A stretch of DNA of 62,868 bases, filler included, from Chrysochromulina tobinii (lineage: Eukaryota), in NCBI GenBank assembly GCA_001275005.1. It is 9 parts of 9 records of this genome, joined end to end, with 100 filler letters (N's around TTAATTAATTAA, not from the genome) between each part and the next. Parts side by side here need not be neighbours in the genome. Positions count along the whole stretch, not along the records: positions 16,489 to 31,006 come from JWZX01000464.1; positions 31,107 to 36,595 come from JWZX01000465.1; 7 more parts are not named here. One strand, 5' to 3'. The position numbers were made by a program, and so were the translations under genes. Each line of letters starts with the position of its first letter. Position 1 is the first letter of the stretch. A model generated the notes under the pieces. The model saw only the letters and a list, made by a program, of their open reading frames with translations, was not told the DNA's origin and did no database searches. This document shows, piece by piece, positions 20,857 to 33,517 of the stretch.

Positions 20857-23800
20857 CTAGATGCGGAAGAAGCGCTTATCGGCCTCCTCCTCGAGGACGG
20901 CGGGCTGGGGCAGCGGCGGCAGGTCCAGGGGCAGCAAGGCGTACCGTGTGTACGGGTCGATGGCGTACGCAAACTGCTTCTTGTCCGCGGCGTCTGTGGG
21001 CGCCTTGAGCTCGGTCAGCCGGTTGACGCCGCTCAAGCGCTTCGTGTACGCGAACAGCGCCTCGCGCCGGTCGAGGAGCTTTTGGTACTCGGCGTCGGAG
21101 ATACGCGCGCCGTACCGGCGGAGCACCGAGTAGCCCTGCACCATGTCAGCACAGTCGAGTACGTGGAAGAAGCCGCGGTTGATGCCGAGGCCTTCGGGCC
21201 TGGAGCGACTCGACAGAGCCGAGCAGTGATCATCAGAAGTGATCAGTGGCAATCAGTGGTCATCAAGGGTCATCAGTGGTCATCAAGGGTCATCAGTGGT
21301 CATCAGTCACCAGAAGGGCTCCTGCAGCGCGTCGCCCACACGCGTCACGAGTACGCGAGAAGCGGGCGAGCCGCCAAGCGTGGCGCCGGGCACAAGGATC
21401 GCCGCGCGGTTGGACGATTTGCGTTCCGAGAAGTCGAAGATCTGGAGCTGATCGGGGACGAGTGGCTGCTGCGCGAGCGCAGGCACGAAAGCGCTGATGG
21501 CCTGGCGCGCATACGCCTCGAGCTTAGAGCGGTCGACGTTCTCGCGCGACGTCGGCTCGGGCACGCTGAGCGAACGCACTGCACCCGCGACCATGAGCGC
21601 CTCCAGATCCGAGGTCATCACGAAATAGTGTGTGGCGCAGTCGGCAAAGTTGCCGCTGCTGCGGTAGTACACGATGTTCTGAAGCACGCAGCCGTTCCGG
21701 GCGAGCTGTGCGAAGGTCTGTTGGTGGTACTGCTGCGACCAGGTCGATTCCGGGAGACGCATCTCCTCGACCGTCTTGTGGTTCTGCAGGTGCACCACGA
21801 TGCACGTCGCGCGCGCGAAGCGGGTCGAGAGCTGCGTGAGGCCGAGCTTCTCGAAGAGCTCGCAACGCGCACCCGTCGCGTCCACGAGCACGTCCGGAGG
21901 CTCACCCGGAGCACCGCCCTTGGGCGCCATCGCTCGTGCGCGACGCTCGTCCACACCGCCGCCAGAGCGCTTCTTCGAGGTGGCGCCGCTGGTAACCGAG
22001 CGCGCGCCAGTGCGCGAATTGCTCGCATCGCTGTGGAGCATGCCGAGCGGCGAACGCGGCGCTGGCGCGCTGCTCGAGTCGCTTTTTGTGTGCAACGCCA
22101 TCGCAACCGGCTTGCGCGGCGACGGTGGGCGCGGCGTGAAGAAGGAGGCAGAGAGGTAGCTCTGTAGCGAGCGCGGGTCTGCGACCTTGCAGTTGAAACG
22201 CACAGTCACCCCAAGGAGCACCGCGACCTTGAGCAGGGAGTGCTGCAGCTGCGAGGTCTGCACATGTCGAAAGTCGGCGCCGCTAAAGATAGACGGATCG
22301 ATGAACTTGATGCCCAGATCAATGAGATCCAGCTCGACCCATTCCCACAGATGGAGTACCTGCAGCCGGCCGAAGCGCTCGCGGCTCTCGAGCACCTCCA
22401 CGCGCAGACCGAGGAAAGCGAGCTCGATGGCGCAGCGCAGGCCGATCGGGCCGCCGCCGATGATGACCGCGCGTCGCCGCGCCGCCTCTCTCGGCAGCCG
22501 TTGACCTCGCGCGTCCATGTCGGCTGCCGAGTATTGCGCCCGCGCCGCGCGGCTGCTCAGCTGTGCGAGGAGCTGGCGTGAACGATGCGGGAGAAGCGGC
22601 ATCAGTGCCTCAGTTAGCAGCGGCAGCAGCGACGGCGTGTCGGCGGTGAGCACGCTGCTACCGCGCCGTCCTAGCACGTCGATGTGGAGCGCCGTCAGCA
22701 GCGCCGCGTGCGCATGAAGCACGTCGGCTGCCTCCTTAGCCGCTAGCAGCTCGCCGAAGGCCGCGGCGGCCGCTCGCTGCTCCTCCGTCATCTCGGCGGC
22801 CGTAAGGCGGGCGGGGTCAAAGCCCAAGCGCTGCGCGCCCGGCACACCCAGCCGTTGCGCACCCACCGGCAACGCTACCGCCGTGCCACGGGGCGTCCAA
22901 GCACGCGGCGACGACGCACGCGGGCTCGTCGAGGCTGGGGCCGCCGCCGCTGCCGCCGCCAGCGCGAGAGGCGCACGCGGCACCACCACTGGTGGCGTCG
23001 CGGGCTTGGCGGGCTTGGCGGGCGGCGGCGAACGGAGGAACAGCTTGAAGGGGGAGATGAGGAGCGAGGCAGCCGTCGGGCGTGTCATGTTAGGTGTACT
23101 GGCGTCGAGCTTTGGATCACTGCCGCCCAACTTTCTAGGCGAGGAGCTCCGAGGGTTCAGGGTCGGCCGAGCGCTGCCGGAACGTCCTTTTGTATTGCAT
23201 GCCTTGGTTGACGTTGTCGCTGTCGCTGCTGCAGTCGTCTCTGCCTCTGCCTCTGCCTCTGCCCCTGCCCCTGCCTCTGCCCCTGCCCCTGCCTCTGCCC
23301 CTTCCTCTGCCCCTGCCTCTTCCTCTGCCTCTTCTGCCGTCTTCGCAAGAGAGCCACACGTGTGGGCGGTCGGTGGCGGCGAGAGGCGTGCGCCCGTGAC
23401 ACTCCCCGTCGTCGACGAGGCGGCCATGAAGTCGGCGGACCGGAAGGAACAGCTCGAGGAGCAGCTGGATGAGGAGCAGCTGGATGAGGCGGTCGATGGC
23501 GCCGCCGGCGTTTGTGCCGGTGTCCAGAAGCTCCCTCCGCTGGTGTTGACGCTCCGGCTGTTGCCGAGGACGAGGGGGAAACCGACGGGGCTGCAGACAG
23601 GGCTCACCGGCGCTCGCTTCGCGTGCTTGCGCCCACAGCCGAAGAACAAGCAGAGCCCAAAGCAGCCAGCAGCAGCAGCCGGCGTGTCGCTCGCCTCGCC
23701 ACTGGTTGTCGGTGGCATCGGCGTGGGCGCTACCTGGATCCGGAAGGTTTGCTGCTGAGGCGAAAGCTCAGGTGACAGCATGCACGAGGTTGTGGGCGAC

Positions 23801-24714
23801 GGGCGATGCGACGATTTTGAGGCTGCTGAGGGCGGCGGCGGTGGCCAGAGCTGCACGGGTGGAGCAGATGCCCGGATCATTTCGTCGGGCATCGGCGCCG
23901 CGGCACTGCGCTGCGAGGAGGTGCGCGCGGAGAAGGCACGCGGCGAGGCGCGGGCCCGCTCGATAGCGGAAGTCTTGGCAGCACGAGCGCTAGCAGATGC
24001 GCAGTTGGTGGCGGACGCAGAAGAAAGGGCGAGTGGCGGCTGAGCAGCACTGGCGACGGCTACCCCGCCGGCAATACTGCTGGCAATTGGACCGGCGGCG
24101 GGCACGATGCCAAGGTTCTGTTGTTTCGAGGACGCCGCGCGCAGCTGACGCTGCCGGTCCGTGTTACGGAAGAGGGCAGCGTTCGCCATGCGGCGCGCTG
24201 CGTCGTTACGCAGCGGCATGCCAAGTCTGATGAGTGCCCTCGCTCCACCTTTGTCGAGCATCTCGGCGAGCGCCATTTCGACCGCAGTCGAGACGGCCGT
24301 GCGCTGGTCGGTGAGCCGCAGCTCACGCAGCGTCGTGTTCGACTGCAACGCGCCAACGATGTTGAGTAGCCCAGGCTCTCGCAGGTCGTTTCTCTCCAGA
24401 TTCAAAACCTCGACGCGCCCGCCTGCATCGGCGTGGAGCGCAGCTGCCAGTGCCGAGGCGCCCGCATCGGGGAGCGTGAGGCCCGAAAGGTTGATCACCG
24501 TGACGTACGGGTTGCCGATGAGCAGCGCCAGGGCAGCCACCTGACGTGGTTCCGGCCAGCGGATGAACTCCTGCTGCAGCGCGGCTGTGAAATCGAGGGA
24601 CGTCATGGACGTGTCATGCGTAGCGATGCGCATGAAAAGGGCGCGCAAAGGCGACGCCGCGTTTAGTGAGGCCGACACAGCCTCGAACTTTGCAAGGTGA
24701 ACGGGGTGTGCCAT
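20857..24714 (-). CDS. tropomodulin-like LRR + MICAL-type FAD monooxygenase fusion; exons 24714-21311, 21199-20857
   Basis: N-terminal LNLERNDL...ALQSNTTLRELRLTDQ...VEMALAEML...RRMANAALFRNTDRQRQLR. C-terminal VIIGGGPIGLRCAIELAFLG, VLHLW, QLQHSLLKVAVLLGV, LQNIVYYR...THYFVMT, and VGDALQEPFW|PEGLGINRGF reconstituted across the intron. Confidence 0.85.
21200..21310 (-). other. 111-nt phase-2 intron with GACCACTGAT/GCCACTGAT satellite
   Basis: TTCTG|GTGACT...CTCCAG|GCCC splits the Trp codon of EPFWP. Confidence 0.88.
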
Positions 24715-24952
24715 CGAAAACCGCCCGTGGGACCCGCGGCTCACGGCGAGGAGGCACAGGAAGTGACAGGAACGAGTTCAAAAGCGTTGGAAGCGCCTAG
24801 GAATGTCCCCATGTGGAAAACATCAGTTCAGTCTACCCAAAAGTGCTGGGAGCACTGTAAAACTGACTCCACATCTACAAGTAAGACCATAAGCGGTGTG
24901 ACTGATTTCTGATTAAGGAGCCTATTCGCCGGTTCCGTCAACTGTTCCGTCC

Positions 24953-26164
24953 ATGGTGCTCGTCCTCTCGGACGAGCTTCCAGTGGACGCGTTGCTGCGC
25001 GCGCAACGCGCGGATCACACCAACTTGGTCACTCCCAATTCAGCCAAGCGACAGCTGGTCACGCATTGGGCGTTGCCAGCTGTCGATGCCGTGGCGGCGG
25101 AGGCACGCGCAGCCGCGGTACAGGCTGCGGCCGACGAGTTGAGCTACCTCGTTTCGACGCTCCCTTCGGAAATTGGTGGCTCAGACTACGTGGACATTGA
25201 TAAAGAGCCCGTGCAGCCAGGGCCGCCGTCTCCAGCCATTCTCGAGCAGCGCGCGCGCATGGTGAACGTGACCAACATGCTAGACGGCCACGATCACAGT
25301 TCTTATGAAGGGAAGCTGCTGCTCGAGTCGGTCGACGACGCAACTGTGCGCCTGCTCGATGAGACGCTCGACGCGCTAGAGCGCGCGAGCGAGGACACCT
25401 CTCGGGCTTCCGAGATCAGCTCCAAGGCCATGCTGATGGCTCTCGATAAGATGGACGACTTGGTCATGAGGGCGGGCCCTCGGCGCTCCTCGACGAAGCG
25501 GCTGGTGTTTGACGCCACGCCCGAAACCGCGCCAGGAGCCACCGCGGCGTCCGACGCGGCCCACGCCCCTCCGGGTGACGCGGCCCAAGCCCCTCCGGGT
25601 TCGCCGTTGATAGACACGTTGTCGGCGAGTCAGCCGGCGCTGCCAGGAGGTGTGGGCAGCGAGGACGAGCTGCAGAGAGCCCTCGGCGAGGCTGTGGCGA
25701 ATCAGGGTCGTCTCGAGCACGAGCTGGGCCTCTCGAAGACGCTGCTGGCCAAGGCGCACGGGCAGCTGCTCGATGCTAAGAAGCGCACACACGAGGCTCG
25801 CATGCGGCAGCCGGGCGGCCGATGCGCTGAGGGCGCGACGCAGACGGAGCCAGAGCACCATCGGTCCGTGTTTGAGAGCCTGCACGACGGCCTGTACGAG
25901 CGCGATCGCGTCATCGACATGCTCCACGTCGAGCTCAAGCATGCTTACGAGATCGCTGGCATCACGCGCACGCGCAGGTTTCCTGTGCCGCTGCCCGTGC
26001 CTCCCTCCGTCTGGTCCGAGGAGATCGAAGTCGACAGCAGCACCACCACGTCGGTGACAGCGAAGACGCCCGAGCGCAGGCGGTTATCAACGGCCAAAAA
26101 GTTCCTGGACCGCGGCGCGATCGAGCCGAAGACTAAGGACGCCTCCACCATGACACGAGACGCA

Positions 26165-26214
<50 letters not shown>

Positions 26215-28957
26215 TGCGAAGCCGCCGAGCGAGGACGCCGCCTTGGTGCGAAAGCTCAAAGAGAAGCACGCGAGTGAGAAACGACAGCTCGAGCAGAGGG
26301 CTACCGAGCTCGAGGTGAAGCTGCAGGCGGCGACAACCGCAGCGCAGGAGGCGGCAAGTAGGCCTGCACTCGAGCCGGCGGTGAAGGAGCTCCTCGACGA
26401 GGAGGGCGGCGTGAACGCCGTCTTGGCACTCGTGGGCAGAGCTCACGCAAGTGAGGTGCTCCTCGCACGCAAGGATCGCGAGCTTGTGGCCAAGGATCGC
26501 GAGCTTGTGGCCACGTGGCTCGACGGCGTGCTCGCGCGCACGGCCGACGTGGTTGTCGCCGAGGCGAAGATGGAGGCGAAGATGGAGGCGGAGGTGCGGC
26601 GGCGCGTCGATCGGGCAGTTGAGGCGAGGAATGAGCAAGAACGAGAGATAGGGCTAAGGCTAGCCGAGGCGAAGGGGGCGGCGGCGAGGGCTGAGGCGGC
26701 TTTGCAGCGGCAGGCCTTTGATGGCAATGTGCTTTCTCTGAGCCTGGCGGCGGCGGACGAAGAGCTTGAGGCGAGTGGAGAGCAGCTCGAGGAGACGTAC
26801 GAGCGGCTCGATACGGCGCTCGGGCGCAGCCGTGCACTCGAGGAGGCCGAGGCGAGTGGTCGGCAGATGCACGCCCGGGTGGCGGCCCACAGCCGCGAGG
26901 CCACTGCCCAAGCACTTGCTTTGAGCGCCGTGCTGCTCATTGAGCTCGATCGATGCGATGAGAGCCTCGGTGCCGCGCACGCACGCGCCAGTGCGCGCGC
27001 TGAGGAGCAAGCCGCGCTGGCAGCCTCCGCGGAGGAGGCGCGTGCGGGCCGCGCGGCCGTCGACGCCGAGCGTCGCCAGATGCTCGAACGCGTGGGCGCG
27101 GCGGAGGCGAAGGCCGAGGCAATGGCGGCGCGTGTAAAGCAGCTCGAGGCGGCGGCGCAGGCGGCGCAGGCGGCGGCGCAGTCGACGGCGGCGGCGCAGG
27201 CGGCGGCGCAGGCGCAGTCGGCGGCTGCGGCTCAGGCGGCGGCTCAGGCGGTGGCGGCCGCGGGCCAGTCACAGCAGCACGAGCTCGTGCTGGCGCGCAC
27301 GCTCACCGCGGCGCTTGACGAGCTCGAGGCCGAGTGCGAGTCGTACCAGCAGGCGGCCGATGAAGCCCTCGCCCTCTGCGCCACGCACGACAAGGCAGCC
27401 GCCGCGGCTCTCGTGGCGTCGCAGGTGGCTTCAAAGGAGGCACATGCCAAGGCAGCTGCTGCACGCCTCGTGAGCACGGCCCATCGGAGCATGGCGCAGA
27501 GCCTGCGGGGTGCCGCAGGCACCCAAGCAGGCGCCAACGCAGATGCTGCCGCGGCCATCGTCGCAGCCGCCGTCGCGGCCGAAGGGCACACAATCGCATT
27601 AGCCGCGCTCGGCGCCGAGGTGCGCGAGCTCGAGGCGGCGCTGAGCGACACGCATGCCAAGCTCTGGGCACTCAAGGTGCATGCGAACATCGGCTCCGTG
27701 ATCATCAAGCGGCAGCGCGAGGAGGCGTGCGGTGCTGGTGGCGGAGGCGGCGGCGAGCAGCTTTGGATCCAAGACGCGAAGGGCGAGTTGCTCTCGCGCG
27801 GCGTGCTCCCGGAGGCATCCTCCGCGGCGGACGAAGACGATGACGAGAGCGCCCCCCTCGCGTCTCCTGGACATCCCGGCTCTTCTTCGGTGGCCTCGCG
27901 GCCGCCCGTGCCCAGTACCTGGGCACAGGCAAGTGGTCGACGCCCCCCTCAGCAGGTGTCGCCGCTCTCCGCTGGGGCTGAGGAGGTCTTTGGACAGCCC
28001 ACGTGGCTGCGCAAACCGACAAGCGCGGGCATGGGCAGCAGCCGGGCGGCAGGTGGGCGGAAAGAGGGCACGCGGCCCTACCTGTCCCCGAAGACCGTCC
28101 CGTGGGAACCGCCGCAGGCTATGACCGACGCCGAGCGCGACGCCGAGCGCGACGCCCCGCCGAGCGCGCGGCGCCCGATGAGCGCCGCGACGGCCCTCGC
28201 GCAGGCTCGCGGCTCGGGCAGATCATCGAGCCTTCACAGCAGCACCTCAGCGCCAGCGCTACCAAGCGGCGGCGGCGGCAGTTCGCGCGACGCCAGCCCG
28301 CTGCGCGACCACGAGCCGGACGGGAACCGACGAGTGAGCTCGCCACAGGTAGGCGAGAGGCCGCAGGGCCCGTTACAGCGCCCGAGGACGGCAGCACCCG
28401 ACGGCAGCACTCTGAGCGTGCGTACCACCATACTGGAGGCAGCTATGGAGCGAAAGCTCGAGAGCGAGTGGGGTCGCAAGCACTCCGAGCTCCTCTTCAA
28501 GATGTCGGCAGCACGCCAAGCGAGCAAGGCGTACGAGGAGTCGGCCGCCGCTAGGAGCAGCCGACGCGCGGCCAGTGCTGGCCCGCACTCGGGCGGGAGC
28601 ACAGGCGTCGCCGCGGCCGCGGCCGTGGCCGCTGCAGCACACCGCGCGAGCATGCCGAAGCCCGAGAGGCGGCTGCGCCGACCGGCGACCGCCGCGCCTG
28701 AGGTCGCTCTCCCACAGCCGCACGCGGGAGTGCAGGCGCCGCCGCCGCCCCCCCCGCCCCCGCCTTCGAGGCCGGGTTCGGGTTCCTTAAACGGCCGCTC
28801 AGCATATGTCACGCCCATCCACACATCCAGCTCAGCGAGTGCGTTGCCTGCGGTTCGGACGCCCTCCTCCCTCGGCGACACGAGGCGAGCGATCCTGCGC
28901 TCCGGATCGGGCGTGGTAGTACCGATTGAGCTGCGCCTCGAGTCTAGTCAGGCGTGA
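24953..28957 (+). CDS. large Ala-rich coiled-coil protein with disordered S/P-rich C-terminus
   Basis: 1334-aa ORF with heptad-rich central region and a (PA)n linker. Divergent from the MICAL-like gene. Confidence 0.75.
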
Positions 28958-29314
28958 TCCGTGAAGATTCAATGATACGGAAGGAGATTCGGTTACGGAT
29001 AATATACGGACAGCCGACGGCAGCGTACCGGCGAATCGCAGACATAGTCACCGGTCCGGTCATAGGCGTCGACCGCGTCGTACCCTTCAGTCCCGCTACA
29101 ACTACATCGAATAAGCACATGCTGACTCCTCCGCGCATCAAATTTCACGGTACCCGCGAGGTTGAACTGAGCTTGGAGCGTGCAGTCCCATGTGAGAACA
29201 TAGTGAAAACATGACGTGTCTGTCGGGCTCAGTCGCTTTCGCTCACGCGACCGCTGCCAGGGATTCCGGACTGGCACGTGTGCTCGCTCGGGTACCTCCT
29301 TTCCGACGCGCTAC

Positions 29315-30919
29315 TCACTCCTTGCCGAGGTAGGACGCGCGCAGCTTGCGCAGGTCTGCCACCGAAACGGAGGGAGCATCCGTCGGCGCCTGCGCGAGGG
29401 CGCTGGCCAGGGCGTCGAACATGGCCACGAGCGCGCCGCGGGCGGGCTTGTCTAGCATGAGCACGGTCATCTCGAAGCGGCCGACCTTGCTGAGCGCGCC
29501 GAGCCAGGCGTGCCAATGGGCGGCGGCGGCGCAGTCAATGTGCTCAGCGATCGCACGCGCCGCCGAGATGAGCACCTCCGCCGGGATTTCGGGCTTGAAA
29601 ATGGCCACGCACGAGGCGGGGGGCACGAGGCGCAGGTACGCGTACAGGCCTCGTGCGTCCTTGCGCAGCAGCGCGTATTGTTTCGTAAAGTCAGCGGGCA
29701 CGCGCGGCGGCTCGAGGCCGGCGTTCGTAGGCAGTGCCTTGACGCGCCACGCGCTCACCTTGGCACGCGCCTGCGCCCCGTCGGCCAGCGCGCGCAGCCG
29801 CTCGCCGTCCTCGCCGTCCACCTCGGGAGCGCGGTCGATGAGCTCGGCCGCCGCCTTCATCGCCGCCTGCTTATGCCCGTCGTCCTTTGCCGCGGCGGCC
29901 GTGTCCTCCTTGCGACGACGCACAAGGTCGTCTCGCAGCGTAGCATTCCGGTTCGCCACCGCCTCGTCCAGCGCCACCCGTCGCTCCGCCTCAGCCGCCT
30001 CGCGCCGGCGCCGCTCTGCATTCGCCTTTTCTCGCCGTGCCTGGGCCTCCTCCGCCATCGCCGCGGCGGCCGCCGCGCCAGCCGCCTGTCGCCGCGCCAC
30101 CTCTGCCGCCGGGTCGGCGGGTGCTGCCAACAGCGCCGTTGGTGCCGCGACCGCCTCGTTGAAAGGGGCCGCGATGGGGACCGCTGCAGGTATGCCGACT
30201 GCGCCCGCACCCGCCGCAACCTTGGCACGTATCTCGTGGCGCGCACGGTCTGCCGCGGCCAAAGCGGCGTCGTTGATGGCAACCCGTGGCGCCGAGGCGG
30301 CGTCGAGCCGCGCTAGTGCGGCCGCATCCACACGATCAGCCATCGAACCGAACATTTTCTGCTCCGGCGGAGGCTGAGCCGGCAGTGGCTGCACACTGGC
30401 GGCCTTGGCTCGGATAGTCTCCTGCGCGCGCTCCGCCGCGGCGAGCACGGCGCTGTTCTCACGCTGCCGCTCCTTCCACGCCTCGGCCTGGTCCTCCTTC
30501 ATCCACTTGGGATTCTCCTTGGGCGTCACCTCCGCCTCGCACTTGGCTAGCAACGTGCTGAGCTGGTCGGACACTGCGCCAGTGGCGCCCGGGAGCTTGA
30601 GCGCCAACTTGCAGGCGGCGACGGCATCGTCCCATCGCTCGAGGGCGGACAGGGCGAGCGCTCTGCGATAGTGGCCTTTCACGTATTCGCTCGAGGCAGC
30701 GATCGCCGCATCAGCCGCTGCGAGTGCTGCCTCATGCTTCCCCAGCGCGGCCTGGCACGCAGCCACGTTGCCGTACAGCGCGTGAGGCTCCTCGTGGCCG
30801 AGCGAGATCGCGCGCCTAAAGAGCGCCGCCGAAGTCTCGTAGTCACCAGCCTTGAAGGCCGCTGTTGCGTCCGACTTGGCAGCGGCGGCTAGCTCGGCTT
30901 CACGAGCAGAGGCGGTCAT
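29315..30919 (-). CDS. TPR + RPAP3_C domain protein (RPAP3/SPAG1-like R2TP co-chaperone)
   Basis: Three TPRs (AFKAGDY...YGNVAAC...YVKGHYRRALAL) and C-terminal PPRVPADF...YLRLVPP...IFKPEI...LSKVGRFEMTVLML. Confidence 0.75.
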   Translation of the reverse strand: MTASAREAELAAAAKSDATAAFKAGDYETSAALFRRAISLGHEEPHALYGNVAACQAALGKHEAALAAADAAIAASSEYVKGHYRRALALSALERWDDAVAACKLALKLPGATGAVSDQLSTLLAKCEAEVTPKENPKWMKEDQAEAWKERQRENSAVLAAAERAQETIRAKAASVQPLPAQPPPEQKMFGSMADRVDAAALARLDAASAPRVAINDAALAAADRARHEIRAKVAAGAGAVGIPAAVPIAAPFNEAVAAPTALLAAPADPAAEVARRQAAGAAAAAAMAEEAQARREKANAERRRREAAEAERRVALDEAVANRNATLRDDLVRRRKEDTAAAAKDDGHKQAAMKAAAELIDRAPEVDGEDGERLRALADGAQARAKVSAWRVKALPTNAGLEPPRVPADFTKQYALLRKDARGLYAYLRLVPPASCVAIFKPEIPAEVLISAARAIAEHIDCAAAAHWHAWLGALSKVGRFEMTVLMLDKPARGALVAMFDALASALAQAPTDAPSVSVADLRKLRASYLGKE

Positions 30920-31106
30920 TGTTAAGGTAGTCCGCTCATGGTGTACATGGGGCAAAAACTGATCTCCAAAAGTACTGAAGGGATTTGAACGAAACTCAAG
31001 CCAGAGNNNNNNNNNNNNNNNNNNNNNNNNNNNNNNNNNNNNNNNNNNNNTTAATTAATTAANNNNNNNNNNNNNNNNNNNNNNNNNNNNNNNNNNNNNN
31101 NNNNNN

Positions 31107-32694
31107 GAATGTGCTCATCGGGCCGCTCGACGTGCCGTGGATCACCGACTTTGGGCTCTCCACCTCTGCCAACATGACCTCCATGTCGCATTCGACCGTG
31201 GGCGGGCGTGGCACGCTGCCCTTCAAGGCGCCCGAGCTCTTTGCCCATCCGCCGCTCGTGGGGCCCGAAGCTGACGTCTACGCCTTCTCCATCCTCGCGT
31301 GGATCGTCGTCTGTGGCGAGCAGCCGTACGCGAAGATGCTGTCGGCCGCGACATCGTTACCTCAGGCGGTGGTCCAGGGCGTGCGGCCGACGCTGGCCAA
31401 CCCAAACGAGGAGTGGCAGGACAAGACCATCCCGCCGATGGTGCGGCTGATAGAGGGCTGCTGGCACGCCGAGTATACGCAGCGCCCGACCTTTGGCAGC
31501 GGCAGCGCTAGCCGCGAGGAGGGCAGCAAGGGGGCGAGGAGTGGCATCGTCGCGATGCTCGAGAAGATGGAGGACTCACTCTCGAAGGGCTCTGAGCTGG
31601 AGGCGTTGTCGCAGTTGGCGCTGGCGACGCGGCTGATCTCGACTGAATCGGAGGCGGAGGCGCTGAGCCTCTCCCTCGTGCAGATTGGTGCGGCACAGGG
31701 CGACGCGACGACGACGGCGGCAGAGCAGTCAGACCTGGCGGAGGAGAAGGCCGCCTTGGAGACGTCGCAGGGCCTGCTGCGCCAGCATGCTTTTTCGGCG
31801 CTCTCGCAGATGCCCGGCGGTACCGGCGGTGAGCTCGCCAGCGCGCTGAGTGCGATGCTGCAGCAGCAGTCGGACATGTTCCGACAGGCGATGCAAGAGC
31901 TGAGCGTGAGTGTTGAGCGCGAGCTCAGTGAGCTCAAGGTGGAGGCCGAGTCCAATAAGCGTAGCCTCATCCGTCTCGCCGAGGGCGAGCTCGACTGCCC
32001 CCGCCTCTTCGTGCTCCTGCCGATGGAGGCATCGAGTTCGAAGCTCATGCAGCTCGTCAAGAGGGAGTTTCTGAAGGACAAGTACCGCCTCGTCTTCCTC
32101 GACCCGGTGACCGGCTGCGCGGTGCGCTGCGGCCCCGACGGCAACGGCTACAAGATGGAAATGCCCAAGAAGTGGCTGATCGAGAACCGCAAGATCATCT
32201 CGGCCGGCCTTCGGATCGTCAAGATGACCGCCGCAGCAGGCTGCGTTGCGGGGCTGCCGCTGGGGTCTTTCAAGGGACTGCCGTCTCAGGCGGTGTCGAA
32301 GGCGGAGGTCGAGGCGGTCAAGTTGTTTGAGAGGGTGTATTCGGGCAGCGTTCTGATCGGCGAGAGCGCCCTCGGAGACGATGCAAGCAGCACGTCGTCC
32401 TCGGCCTCGCCGTCCGCGGCCAAGGCGGTCAAGGCGGCGACGGGCCGGGCGTACAAGCAGCTGCGCAAGATGCTCAAGGACCAGTGCAAGGACGAGTATC
32501 TCGTGCACTGCGAGATGACCAAGGAGAAGGCGCGCGACGGCTCGATCGAGTTTGTGAGCGCCGGGAGCAAGGAACGCTTCCTCCACTTTGGCCAGCAGTG
32601 CCTGATCTGGAACGACGAGACGCTGAAGCAAAAGGCAGCGGCAAAGGCGGCAGTGCTCAGCCGGTCTGCTGCTGATCTGCTGCATATGATCTGA
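31107..32694 (+). CDS. TKL-like protein kinase (5' truncated) + coiled coil + conserved C-terminal domain
   Basis: NVL, ITDFGLS, GTLPFKAPE, DVYAFSILAW, CW...QRPTF. Downstream CPRLFVLLP...YRLVFLDP...GYKMEMPKKWL. Confidence 0.85.
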
Positions 32695-33517
32695 GTAAGT
32701 GACAAGAAGAGATGACGAAGTGAGCGTGGAACGTGGATTCTCCAGTCGCATTTCTCGACATGTTTGTGGCATGCATCATAGCTCCCGAGAGTAAGGGGTC
32801 CTCGCTTCGCCCGGAAATGGGCGGATCGCATCAGGCGAGTGCGGGGCCGTTGTCTGTTGAGCGGAGCATCGTTGTACTGAGTGTACAGCTGCAGTTGATA
32901 GGGGTACATTCTTCCGGAATGCGCATGGGGCAGGGATGGGAAAGCAGGGGGTCCGTGCGCGTTCGGCGGGGGGCGTTCCATGTGGATGGCTAAACAGGTG
33001 GAATCATGCTCGGGCGAGGTATCTAAGCTCAAAAGTCAAATCGAATGTGTGGAAATCGCCCATAGAGTCACCCATAAGTGACCCACATTGGCCGTACCTC
33101 GGAATACCGTACCGTGCTGATAGTGTATTCAGATTTCGCTAACAACCAACCCGGGAGCGAACGGAACAACACCTAAGATTCTAGATTGTTTCGGCTAAAA
33201 AAACGTGCAAGAAGGCGAGCGCGGGAAGTGCCCCCTCGTGAGATTTCACTTCCTGGTTCTTTCGTGGTCCATTCTTTCCCATGATTCTTTCCCCACCCTC
33301 GGCCTCGCCTCCCCCGACCCCTGTTCGCTTTGTCCCCCCCTGGGCGAGCGGAGTCGCATTAGCGCTTTAATTAGCGCTTGTACATTCAACTTTGTAACGT
33401 GTAGCAACTAGGATGTAGGACCGGACCGATTTCCATAAATTACCCTAATGAGAGAGCCAGCGAACTACCTTAAGTTATCATACGCGATGTCCGATGAGGT
33501 GCGGGCACTGTCTGTAG

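Noticed and set aside
20218..22167. 649-aa plus-strand ORF
   Set aside because: It is the antisense shadow of the MICAL-like gene and reads through intron satellite. Long shadow ORFs are expected at this GC content, as for 7026-8171 and 14425-16137.
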